Assembly: GCA_965153355.1 (NCBI GenBank)
Contig: OZ231126.1
Coordinates: 37,200,001 to 37,264,000, forward strand
From: Flaccisagitta enflata
Taxonomy: Eukaryota
DNA length: 64,000 bases
Direction of reading: 5' to 3'
The notes beneath the pieces are model-generated. The model had not been told where the DNA came from. It saw only the letters and a list, made by a program, of their open reading frames with translations, and searched no databases. This document shows positions 1 to 12,646 of this stretch, one piece after another (the first letter of the stretch is position 1; each line of letters opens with the position of its first letter). A program made the translations under genes and the position numbers.

Positions 1-493
1 TTCGTCATCGTTAGGCCATGGTGTCTGCATCCCACGCTATGACAGCGTAAAAAAAGAAAACCAAGGCAGCGAAAAGCTTTAGTGTATTGGCTCGGTGTAA
101 CGTCGTAACGTCGAAGTTATAAAAAGAATCCGAATATTTATTTCTTTTTGAACAGAAAAGGTTTGATACTAAATCACCGCTTACAACAATGGTAGGGGCG
201 GCTTCTTCAATGACAACTATTATCGGGTGCCATTTTATTTTATTTCATTTTAGTTTGCTGTTTTGTATTTATTTCCAATGGCGATAACTTGCATTTCTTC
301 ATTCTTTCAAATCGTGTCGGAAGAAAAAAATTATTCCAAATGTAGTTTTTTCCCCCTTTTAAAAGAAAAGCTGGAAGTTAAAGACACAAACAAACGGAGA
401 GACACTTCGGGAGCCTCTCCCTGAGAAAATTGTTATATTATGAAAACAGGAAACAGATTTAAACACAAAGAATTGTGGTGGCTAAAACAAATT

Positions 494-593
<100 letters not shown>

Positions 594-1820
594 TCATATG
601 TGGCTCTCTGCCTTTCGCGATTTTTTGATACAGTATAGACATCAATTATGCAATTATATCCATAAAAAAATGACGAAGACGATTAGTCAAAGAGTCGATT
701 AGATATCTTTATGGGTGGCAATGCGGAATAAAATCGATTGGAGTTATTGCCTGTTTGTTATCTGCTATATCGGTCATGCTTAAATCGCATGAAATTAAAA
801 GCCATAATAAATGATAGATCACGGACTAATTCATGTCCCGATAGTCAAGATCGAATGAATTGCTTCCATCCCTTAAATCATTTGTATCTGGACCCTCCCC
901 GATAAACATTTTTTTTGTTTGTCGCATGCACTCGCAATTTTAAGTCCTTAATCTGTCGGTATGTTGTTTCCTTTATTCTTATGGCTGTCATCGACATCGA
1001 TGCATGACTTGAGCATTACTGTTCCTGTTTATTGTCTCTGATATATCTTCGTTTTCCGAATATCTTTTTTTCATCCATTTGAACATTTTCCAACTGGATC
1101 AATGCCTATGCATTTCGACCTCCTGGATCCCACTTAACCAGGCCGGATACACGGCTACGCCAGACGCGTGTGGGTGGCTGGGGGCCATATTTGAGGTCAC
1201 TAGACCATTTGAACGGACCGACCGACCGACATACCGACCGACCGACCGACCAACCGACGCACAAAGCGGGCTGTAGAGTCGCGTAGCACGTGACAAAAAA
1301 CAGCCCAATTTAGATGGAGTCCATCCAGAGGTGGTCAAGCTTGGCGTGTTCATGGACATCAATGAAGTCGGTCGCAAATGCCATTGAAGGGGTTAACAAG
1401 GTCGGATACAGGGCTACCCAAGTCGGGGGCAATTAACGGTATAGGCTAAACAATCATTTGGGCCGAGGCAGTGATGCTTAACTCATCCACAAACGCCGAA
1501 AAAGCAAAGTGTTACAGACCCATTGAGGACAAACACAAATCAAATACCATCAACAAGACACTTTTGAGCTAAATCACATTCTAATCGTATTGCCTGGAAA
1601 AAATCCTGAATTTCCTTCCTTCAATCTCATACAGTTCGAACACAAATTTAGCGCCCCTGGTAATTTTGCTGTCGAATGCCGCTGGGTGTGTTTACTAACG
1701 ATCCTACACGCGCAATCGAAAAAATATTGCCACCTACGCATTTGGATGCACAGCCGCACCTTCCAATGGTGCCATGTTTGTTTCATGTTTAAGAAGATCA
1801 TTTTAGGAGCAGACCTATAC

Positions 1821-2234
1821 GTATGATAGGTGGAACAATATCCCTCACTATACCCTAACTTAGATAAATGGAAGAGGGCCTTGTGAACCCTCAGTGACTA
1901 CTGACTAGTCAATACGCACACCGCTCCTAGTTTTCCATAAAACATAATCTGAAAAATTGTTTTTCTTATTCACCCAAAACAAATTGCTTACTAAAAGTAG
2001 TTAAGGTCAATGATTGTTACCTGTTAAACCAAAATTCAACATATCACCCGAGGGTAACCTTATTAAGAAACCATACCCTTAGAGGGTAGAATCGAGGTCA
2101 AGCTAAATGCGACCGCCGGACATTCTAATCCAAGGTACTGAGTAGTAGGACAGGTGGAACAATATCCCTCACTATACCCTAACTAAAATAAATGGAAGAG
2201 GGCCTTGTGAACCCTCAGTGACTAGTTAATACGC
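1821..2234 (-). repeat. Partially tandem small structured repeat, subfamily A (324-bp period, about 90-bp terminal direct repeat)
   Basis: AGGTGGAACAATATCCCTCACTATACCCTAACT...CCCTCAGTGACTA occurs at about 1828 and 2152. Core 2064-2141 is the reverse complement of 31282-31360. Confidence 0.85.
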
Positions 2235-3735
2235 GCGTATATAACATCTACAAACGTCAAGACTCAAGATTCCCGTATTTTGATATCGCTGTTGTGGTTA
2301 AATTATTGTGAATTTGCGCATCGTGACTGGCAAGCTACGGCCATACGGGTTACGAATATGCACGAATTAGAAAAGAATTTAGGTGGATTCGTATGAAAAA
2401 CTTCGTGATGAATCCAATTTTTGAACAATGTTTTTATCCACTTCTGGAGCGAATATAAGAAGAGCAGAAATGCAAATGATCTTGAAATTTGCAATAAAAC
2501 TGACAAGGTTTTCGAAGAATACATCAAACGAATTTAATTTCATTTTATTGTTCCACTTCGTTGTTATTTGTTACGTCGATTTCTTTCTTTGTTTTGGCTA
2601 ATGGAGAGGCTTGGAATTCAATGTTTTCCTCTTTTGTTTGGTCGTTGTTTTTGTACTTACAACGGATATTTTCCCTTACTTTCAGGAGATGGCGTGAGAA
2701 AGAATTGATTTGGTTTTCTTACTTTCATCAATGTTCTTTTTTTTCCCCTTTTTTTGTTCTTCTGTGGCGCCTTCAATTTGGCTGAGATTGGAAAAAATTT
2801 CGTTCTATTCAGGATTCTGATCAAAAAATCGAATCAAGATTCGAAAATCAAAAGAACTGAAACTCAATTCGGTTGCCTCATCCAACTACCCTGCCGAGAA
2901 ATGTGGTTGTGAATTTGTTCTCATTAGACATTACTTATTATCAATATCAGCCAGATATTTTGGAAAGCAAATAATTTGACTGCGCTCTATATTTTTTTTA
3001 TGAAAATGTCTAAATTGTTTGATGATAATTCGAAATAATGAATCATGAAAATATTTCAATATAAAGTTTTATTGAAAACAAAATTTAACTGATTACCAAT
3101 AAAGGTGGCTAATCGCCGTAGGAAAAAAGTCGTAAATGCTGATAGAAAGAGAGAGAGAGAGAGAGAGGGGGAGAGAAAGACAGAGAGAGAAATAGAGAAA
3201 AACATGTAACACAGGGTATCAATATCGTTGTGGACAGGGGCATCCAACCCCATCCACACCCTAACCCCCACACACAAGTATCTAGACTGCTTGTTTTTCC
3301 ACTTTTCCACTTGGACGGACAGACGGACCAACAGACCGATGGATAGACTGACAGACAAAGCCTCTCATAGAGTCCGGAGTTGAAATAAGAGAGAGACTGT
3401 GCTGCCAGGATGCACAATTATCACCCTGGACATTTCAAAGTTCAAACAGACTTCAACTAACTCGATTTTCCTCGTTTTTTGGGAAAACGCAAAAAATTCG
3501 GAAAAATAAAAAAGATTCAAAAATTCACAGCTCCAAAATTATTGATCGCACAGAATTCTGCGTTGCGTCATCTGAAAGAGGAGAATTAGCTCTTTCTTAG
3601 CTGTTAATTTCATGCGTAGTCCCATTTGGCCCAAAAAAAGCACCAACTTCCCCAAAAGACGCACGAAAAAAGGGAAAACCAAATTCCTCCGCAGGTCTCA
3701 AAAAGCCGAAGGTATTCTTCGACTTTTTTCCAAAT

Positions 3736-3895
3736 TACACTTTTTATTTTTTATAAGAACCCAGCTTATAAGAACATCAATGCTTGAAATTGCTCTAAAA
3801 TTAAGAACATCGTAGTTATTTTATTAGTAGCTATCTCTATCTCTTTTGAAGGCTTCGACCAAAAAATGATGTTCTTATAAAAAATAAAAAGTGTA
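3736..3895. mobile_element. TA-flanked MITE (Tc1/mariner-like)
   Basis: TACACTTTTTATTTTTTATAAGAAC...GTTCTTATAAAAAATAAAAAGTGTA. Confidence 0.8.
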
Positions 3896-5619
3896 TTGAT
3901 CAACTATGAGAATTTTAAATCTAGATTCACATTTTTAATGACTGTGCTAACCACCTGATGATAGTTATTGGCAACAGTATCCTAGCGTTAAGTAAAGCAA
4001 ATAGTTTAAATGATCATTGATAAAATATGTATCATGTAAAAATGGATCTTTGTAGATCCACTCATGGTCATTTAAAATCATATAAATTGCTGTAATTACC
4101 AATAATTGAAAAATTCCGCTTGATGAACATGAGAAATACAGTTAGCTCGTACTAAATAATGAAAGTTCATATATATTTCAATTTGATTCAATTCAATTCA
4201 ATATATTTCAATTTGATCAATGAGAGTATTCATACAAAATGGCTTTCAGGGTTTGGTGAAGCCAATAGAAACTCTGTATACATCTAAAAAACAAAGTATT
4301 GATGGAATGATAAGCCAAAATTCAAATACTATTGATTCAACAAAACATATTGCTTATACATAACTGAAATTAAGTACAAATAGAAAAAAGAAAAAAATCC
4401 CAGGGACACTCGACGCTGCAGGGTAGTGGATGATATCCATGCTGCGTATGATGATGTTGCAAAGCTGGTTGAGTCTACTTGTGTGGTCCTGTCATGGAGG
4501 AGCTTCGGAGAAAACCTTCGGGATGGCCCGCGTGAATCTGCTCATCGAGGATCGAATCAACGCTCGAGAGCTCCCGGAGTGCGGCCACCTAGAAGCCAGC
4601 GGGCTCCAAGGTTGAAGCCGATGAACTTTGTTAAAAACTAAGAAGCCTGAAATTCAAGTGATAGTTGAATTATAAAGATAAAGCATAAGAATTTCAATAT
4701 GACTTCATCAAAGGGAGAGAAGAAAAAAGAGCCAACGGGGAAAATATAAGATGGGGGAAAAACGAAGGAGAAAAAAAAAGAAGGAAGAAAGTGTTTTCTT
4801 AAATCGAGGACCAGATCGAGCATTAAATTTTTAACTAAAAGAAAGAAAAAAAAGCGGCTTTTGATGAATTTTATTGTAATTAAAATAATGCGGCTAAGGA
4901 AAAGGGAGAGAGAGAGAGAGAGAGTCTAGGAGTCGAGGCCCGGGATCCGGCCAATACACAATTCGATAACAAAGATCGAATAATTGAGAAAATTTGTAAA
5001 AACAAAAGAGCGTCGAAACGCGGAAAGGGAGAGAGAAAAAAAAAGAATGGTCCGAGGAAGGAGAGGGAGTGGCAACAGGAAAAAAGGGCAAAAGTTCGCT
5101 GAAGGGGAAAAGAAATGGTGAAGTTACTTTGCGGTTAGTAGAAAACCCCAAAGATGTACCATGTTGGTAGGATCTATCATCCAAAAGGGGTTGATGAATA
5201 TGTGTCCATGATGTAAAAGAGTGCTAATGTTGCATGACCACTTGTATTTGCGTAAGTATTAAAATATACCAAGTAAGTTGGTTCATCGAAATGTAGGAAA
5301 AAAAAAGTTCATGAGAACAGTTAACAACGTCGCGTGCGTTCGATCTTTCAAACAAAATTTTTTTGTCATACATGAAAAACAAGGCCGAATACACTCCCCC
5401 CCACCCTTTCCGGATGGGTGGGCAGGAGCGGAATAGCAAAAAAACGCTCACATTTTGTTTTGGTTACCGACATACCGACGGACCGACAGACGGACGGACG
5501 GACCGACACAGCAAGTTCTAGAGTCCGCGACTAAAAAACAAAAGGCACTTCTAAGGGCACGCAGGACAGTGAACGGTGGTTTAGGTTGGTTAGGTGGTTG
5601 GTTGGTCTCCGGTCTGGAT

Positions 5620-5678
<59 letters not shown>

Positions 5679-6222
5679 GAGAGAGATCTTTTTCTTAGAG
5701 ATCAATTTATAGAATTTTTTTTCATAGATTCAAAATGTATACTCAAAGATTTGGCTCTATAATGCCATTTTATTTGCTTAAATAAAGGACTTCCCACCAA
5801 AAAAGAAAGAAAAAAGAATGGTTCCACGAGCACCCGAAACAACAATAAATCGGTATCTTTATCACTGTTAAACACGTCAGGAGTGTTTACAGCCGGTTGC
5901 CTCCTTATCCCAACCGGTTTTGATGTAGCCGAAAAGAAACGTCAAAAAATATCAATTTTTGCGGTTGAGAAATTCAAAGTGGATCTAAATGAGATAAGGA
6001 AACTTCTCGTTGAAGCTTTTAGCCGACGATAGCTTTGTGACTCATTTGTTTTCTGTATTAGACTTTTACAGCCTTTCATTCCTTTCATTGAATTGTAAAG
6101 TTCAACATCGCTATTTCACGATGACCATTGGATAACCAAATAATTGGATAACAAAATAATGGTCAAACTGGAATCAGGCCGTGCGCATTTATAGTCGCGC
6201 GCACGGCATACGCGGACGCACT

Positions 6223-6286
<64 letters not shown>

Positions 6287-7912
6287 ACTCTGTCGTTCCT
6301 ATGCCCGGTCCGTCTGTAAACAACATTATTAAACATAATTACCATTAATAAAGTCTGTTTTCAATTATGATTATGTAATTATGTGATTTTGTTATTATGT
6401 TATCATGTAACAATGTGATTATCCTATTACGTATTTAAAGGTAAAAATGAAATGATGTAGTTATGTAATCATACAATTATGAAACATTTTAATTGCGTAT
6501 ATAAAACGAAGCAGGTAACTCTGACCCTGCTGGGGTTGCTATTCATGAGAATAGTACAAAGTAGCCTTAAAATGAATTTGGTACTGCAGCAATACGTATA
6601 TATGACGTGAAGAACGGCTACAGTACTTTAGGGTACGAACTCTCCTTGATAGAAATATGAAAACGTAAAAACCGACCCAGACGCGAAATCAAGCAATTTA
6701 TGCGCTGGTTTTGAGCGACACCGGGTACTGGAAAAAAATTTCAACTTTGCGGAAAAACGAACCGAGAATACTACTTAATGAACCGCTGTTTCTAAATAGA
6801 AAACTAACGACGTGGTTTACTTACTACGTGACAACCCTTATTCTAAAAAGATCAACGAGGTAGATCTTATCGCTTGATCTGTATGAATCCCGTAAATAAC
6901 GAGTCTCATTCTCTATTCCTCGTTAAATGGTAAGCAGGAATATATTCTAGTCATTATATGACCTCAGGATCCGGATGCAGTTCCGAGTGCTAATCAGTAA
7001 TCACAAAATCTAAAAGAAATAGAGTATATTGAACCGCACCACGGGATAGATTTATTGTCATCGCCCATAAGAGAGATAAAACTTATAAGGTTAACTACGT
7101 GACCATCCAGTGGTGGAAGCTTTGCAGAAAACCACTCGCAAATCAAAAATCTTACCAACAGACTGAAAGAATGATAGACTGACAGTCAGTCACTAACTGG
7201 CGCACCAATGGACTGATGACCAACTAACCAACCAATCAACCAACCAACCAACACAGCAACGCAAAGAATTGCATGTGTGGGACAAAAAATGTGCCATGCC
7301 CGGTTGAATACGTTTCATGGCATATAACATTTAGATTTTTTCCCAACTATCAAATGCATTCTTATTCTATCCTTTTTCAGCCCAAAGTGCGGCCTATCAT
7401 TAGAAGATTAGACACCTCAACGACGAACGCTGATCAATCGAGTTTTCCAAAGCTTCTTTCGAGCCTCTTAAAAACAGGTGCGAGGACGAGGTTACAATAT
7501 CCAGTTGTCTAGACTAGATGTTACTCGGGACTTGTTCCCAGTTATCACGTGGCGGAGCGATATGGGTGGGAAGGTGTTGGATCACAACCTCACAAGCATG
7601 CTGATCTAATCCCTAAATTGCGTTATTGGAATTCTGTAATTCGATGAGACTCATCTCATTCCAAGTAATTCGTTCACTTACAACCATGACAATATCACAA
7701 GGATGAAAGATCTTTCTGAAGGCCTCATGCGTCGGGCATAAATCAAATCACTGTAAAAGTGGGGCGATCTTCACGACGGAGTGTCTCATCCGTAAAAACG
7801 CTCGGCTGATCTTTCCGTCAACATCTCAGTTTTTACGCACACAAAAAGCCGCCTTGTCTCAGAAACGTCAGATCAAAATCCCGCACAACCGAAATCGAAG
7901 AGAAGAGAGTGA

Positions 7913-7968
<56 letters not shown>

Positions 7969-8629
7969 AGAAAGAGAGAAGAAACGTCGAAACAGGCGCT
8001 GCATGGACTGTGATCACCTTATGTAGGAGCAGAGAAATAGAAAATGAAGTGTTTTGAGCCAAAGAGGTGAATTTCATAAGGAGATCACGGTCAACTTATT
8101 AAGGACACGGTAAACACGGTACTTGTGGAAAGGGCCAAACTTCGAATGGAAATACATCATACTGGTCACAAGGTCTAAAAGGGAACATCCCCTTATGGAT
8201 CCACTGTCCAGAAAGTAAAGGATAAAAAAAAAGAAAAAAGGGAGCTAACGATGATGATATGGACAAAGTGACAGAGACCGCAGCTGAAAAAACATCGTTG
8301 GCCGCCATCCGATGTTGTGGAAGAAAACGAAGACGACGACGACGACGACGAGGCTTTATCCTGTCACCGTCATAATGTTCTTAACCCAGTCGTCCATATC
8401 ACCGTCATCACCGTCATCATCTTCGTTATGGTCGTCACCCTCCGTCGTTGTCACCGTCATCAGGGGCGTCAACCTCTTTTTATTTTCTGTCATTTTTACG
8501 TTGTTGTACTTTCTTCGCCTCCTTTAAAAAGCGGATTGACATCTCAAAAGAAAAGAATCATTTTTTCTTTTTTTATTGAATAGACGTGAAGATACATTCG
8601 TCCTTTAATTGGCAGGAAGAGAGATGAGC

Positions 8630-8676
<47 letters not shown>

Positions 8677-8801
8677 ACATTGGGCATATTCTAATGAAAT
8701 AATCCCTTCCTAATTAGTTCATCGCAACTTTTTCAAATACACATCCTGTCTTTTATTCATACATGCTCTCTTTCTTTGTCTGTTTTTCTTCTCGGTCTGT
8801 C

Positions 8802-8857
<56 letters not shown>

Positions 8858-8905
8858 GGCAGTCATTGAGTATCTCTGTCTCTCTATCTCTGTTTATCTT
8901 TCTTT

Positions 8906-8996
<91 letters not shown>

Positions 8997-9237
8997 CTCT
9001 TTATCCATCGTGGCTCTCCGGCTCTCTAACGGTTTCCTTTGCCTGCAAATTTTCTGCCTCCGCGGCTGTTTTAATGGTGTAATAATGATGGGTTTCGATG
9101 AAGATTTAATCGACGCCGAATTAAGTTTCTCCAAATTATCGTAATAAATTGAAGCTCCGCGGACCAACAGAATCCAACCGAATCGTCTTCCCCGCGCGTC
9201 GGCATCCCATCCTGGTCCCTCTCCTTTTACAAATTCA

Positions 9238-9344
<107 letters not shown>

Positions 9345-9859
9345 CTCTGTGTCTGTGTCTGTGTACGTGCGTGTGCGCGCGCGCGTCATTCTCTCTCTAC
9401 ACGTCCTTTGCCTGAGATGCGCCTATAAGCACAAGCATGAGCTTCTGAGACGCAACAATAAGGCTCTTTCGTTTTTCTTCCAGATTGGTAACGGTGACTT
9501 GTATAGCAATTAGTGCTCTGCGCAGTTGCCCATGTTTTTTTTTTACAATTTTCAGGTGAAAAACTAAAAAATTTGCCTGGCGATTAGATAATGATAACAT
9601 TGATTGACGCCTTTATTTGGTCATGCTAGAATGCTTGGCGAATATTCTCATCCTTTTGGCTGTCAGAGGGACCATAATTTACCACATCCGATCTTTCCTC
9701 GGGTCCTTGTTTTCCTATGCTCACTACTCCATCCGGTGAGGGTTAACGAGGGTATGGGATGTTTTTTTTTCCTTTGTTATAGAATCAAAAAAATTGCTTT
9801 GGTAATGTTTGTAGGAAAAGCTCACTTGCACTTCCGCATTGGAGACTAAGACACGCCTT

Positions 9860-9916
<57 letters not shown>

Positions 9917-9918
9917 TG

Positions 9919-10056
9919 TATAGTTAATCCTCACTCCAACGAATTTCAAGAAATCAATAAATTTGACAGTATCGAGAAAGAAACGAGCTGAAAAAAAAAC
10001 AAAGAATTTGCATAATGTCCCATAAGAGCAGTCCGTGGGAGCGGGGTTTAACTGTA
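9919..10056. mobile_element. Degenerate TA-flanked MITE (Tc1/pogo-like)
   Basis: TATAGTTAATCCTCACTCC vs GGAGCGGGGTTTAACTGTA. Confidence 0.55.
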
Positions 10057-10157
10057 AATTGAGAGAAAGACTAAGTGGGAAGTGAAGTATTGGCAGTTTT
10101 GACTCTCGGAGGTCGAATGTATCAGCCTAATTAGCTGTTGGTTTTCTTCAAATTCTC

Positions 10158-10204
<47 letters not shown>

Positions 10205-10207
<3 letters not shown>

Positions 10208-10594
10208 GTCTTTTCCTCTAAGCGAGAGTCTCTCCCAAATTCAGGAAGAGGGGAGCAGCACCATGAGACCCATCTCGCTACCATCTCTCAAAGCGTGCCC
10301 GAAGAGAGAGGCAGTGTGAGAGAGAGGTTAGGAAAGAGAGGCATTCTCAACGATGTAGCCGAGACTTCGCTATTGACTTCCTCTCTTTCCCCCTCTCTCC
10401 ACGTCTTTTCCTCTAAGTGAGAGTCTCTCCCGAAATCAGGAAAAGGGGAGCAGCACCATGAAACCCATCTCGCTACCATCTCTCAAAGCGTGCCCAAAGA
10501 GAGAGTCAGTGAGAGAGAGAGGTTAGAAAAGAGAGGCAATCTCACCGATCTAGTCATGACTTCGCTATTGACTCCCTCTCTTTCTCCCTCTCTC
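10205..10594. repeat. 195-bp tandem duplication
   Basis: CACGTCTTTTCCTCTAAG...CTTCGCTATTGACT at 10205 and 10400. Confidence 0.92.
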
Positions 10595-11237
10595 TTTTTC
10601 TCTCTTTCTCTCTTTCTCTCGATCTCATCTTGTCTGGTACTACGCGATCGATGGTAACAATAGACTCATAATATATGGTCAATACATCTTCTAGATCAAA
10701 GAAAATTAGGTGTGAATGTTGAAACACTTGTCCCCACATTGCTAACACAGCACAAGTCAAAAGTCAAAAGTCACTGAACAAGTCAAAAGAAAGTTTTTTG
10801 AAGAAATCATTATCTCGTTTTGCAAATAAAAAGGGAAAAAACAATTTAACAAACAACAACAACAATAATACAAAACGTTAACTACATTCGTTCTCCTACT
10901 CTCATCTTGCAATGTGAACAAGAAAAAACATTCGTAACGGCATTTTCATTTTCAACAAAAACGCCAGTTGACGCGATCACGTGACTCATCCATAACGTTG
11001 GAACCACTTCACCACGACCGACAAGGCTCAAGCTAACGGCCACGAGAAATCCACGGGCGAATTCTTTTCCACTCTCTGGTGAGAGGCAGTTCCACTGAGT
11101 ACTATAACGCGTCGACTGTATTCTAACGAATATCTTGTTCTCCTTTTATTTCATGTTACCGGGTAATTTGTCCCACGGAGCGGACAATTCCAACGTGAAA
11201 ACATCCTCACCGTCCGTCACATTTCACACCCGTCGCA

Positions 11238-12646
11238 ATGAAGCCGGCATCCAACAGAGCCAGAGGTGGCGGAGCAAAAGCTAGCGCCAATCTTCGTGGA
11301 AAAAAAGGGAAAGGAAAAGGAAATGCCAAAGCTGTCCACTTGGATAGTGGCAATGTTGACAACCCTAATGTTAAGGCAATGCTGACTAACCTCGTCAATA
11401 GCCAATTTGCCCAACTACTTACCAACCACGCTGATGACTCTGATTCTGAAGACGAGGGTGACATGGAGATATCCTCAACGCCATCGCCATCTGCATCAAC
11501 GTCATACCAGCCAGCCTCAAAAACACCAGCCTCGAAAACATACAAGAGTCAGGTTGTGATTTTGGAAGGTGTTGATGACAAACTTAAAAAGCACCCGGCT
11601 CGACTTTCAAAAGCCATCAAGGAGACAAAACCTCAGCTTGAAATAAATAAAATCCGCATCACTGCTAGCAACGCGGTTCTGATTGAGCCAAAGCATCCCA
11701 AAGACTGCTGCAGTCTCCTAAAGGAAAATGCTTTTCCACCAAATTCCCCCCTTGGCACTGGAGTTAAAGCACGTCTCCCACGCGAGAACACTGTGACACA
11801 CCAAGTAGTAATTCTAGGTCTTGATGTCGAAATCACCGACAAAGAAATAGAAGAAATGCTTGATCTTCAAGAATTGCCCCACAATGGCGTCAAAAGGATA
11901 AAAAGTCGAAAAAAAAACCAACCCACTGAGCTGGTGCGGCTGTTCTTAAAAAGTGAAGAAAAGAAAAAGCAACTTCTTCGTCAAGGGCTTTATCTTGACC
12001 AGATGCATTTCAAATGTGTTGCTGCAAAGGAAGATGAGGAAAAAAGCTCACCTTCCAGTGCTTCAATTGTCAAGCATGGGGCGAACACAAAACATGGCAA
12101 TGCGAAAATGAGACCAAGTGCGTCATCTGTGGTGGTCCGCATCGTACGGCCGACTGTGACAAGAGCAAAGCTGAGGCCACTTGCTGCAACTGTGGCCAGA
12201 ATCATGCTGCATGGTCTACAGCATGCAAAAGCTACAAAGATTCAGTCGAAAAGCGGAAAACCACTGGTAGATCGTATTCCTCTGTGACAAAAACTACCAC
12301 TCAACCATCCCTACTCCATACACAGATTCTAGCTGTCGTCCATGAGGCAATGGCCAACCTCAAAAAGCAGATTGCAGTGATTGTGGGGGAAGTGGTTACA
12401 AAAGCACTCCTTGAACACACCTTCTACGAGACAGAGAAAAAGCGGACCAATGGTAAGACCCATCTTGGAGCCACAGCTCGAACCAACTCCATTGCCAAAA
12501 TGGCTGCCACTGCCGTCAATGCTAGGCCTTTCTTTGACTCCGACACGTCGCAAGTCTGTACGGAGGAGATTGGCCGCGTCGTTTTGGAAAGATTGTCAAG
12601 CTCCTTCCAACAAAACACAACAGGCCCATCTGCCAGTTCACAATGA
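11238..12646 (+). CDS. LINE ORF1 (gag-like nucleic-acid-binding protein, 3 CCHC knuckles), about 469 aa once one -1 frameshift near 12040-12046 is corrected
   Basis: The 11238 frame reads to ...AAKEDEEK. Shifting -1 in the A6 run gives KLTFQCFNCQAWGEHKTWQCENETKCVICGGPHRTADCDKSKAEATCCNCGQNHAAWSTAC, which continues in frame into the 12284-12646 ORF. The -1 frame has TGA at 12035-12037, which bounds the shift position. Confidence 0.9.

Noticed and set aside
11030-11110. HDV-like ribozyme in the LINE 5'UTR (GGGCGAAT)
   Set aside because: No consistent P1/P2/P3 pairing found by eye; a descriptor search would be needed.
12045-12287. C-terminal 80 aa of the 349-aa ORF, and 12284-12646 as a separate gene
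   Set aside because: Out-of-frame read-through; the -1 frame carries the zinc knuckles and joins both into one ORF1.
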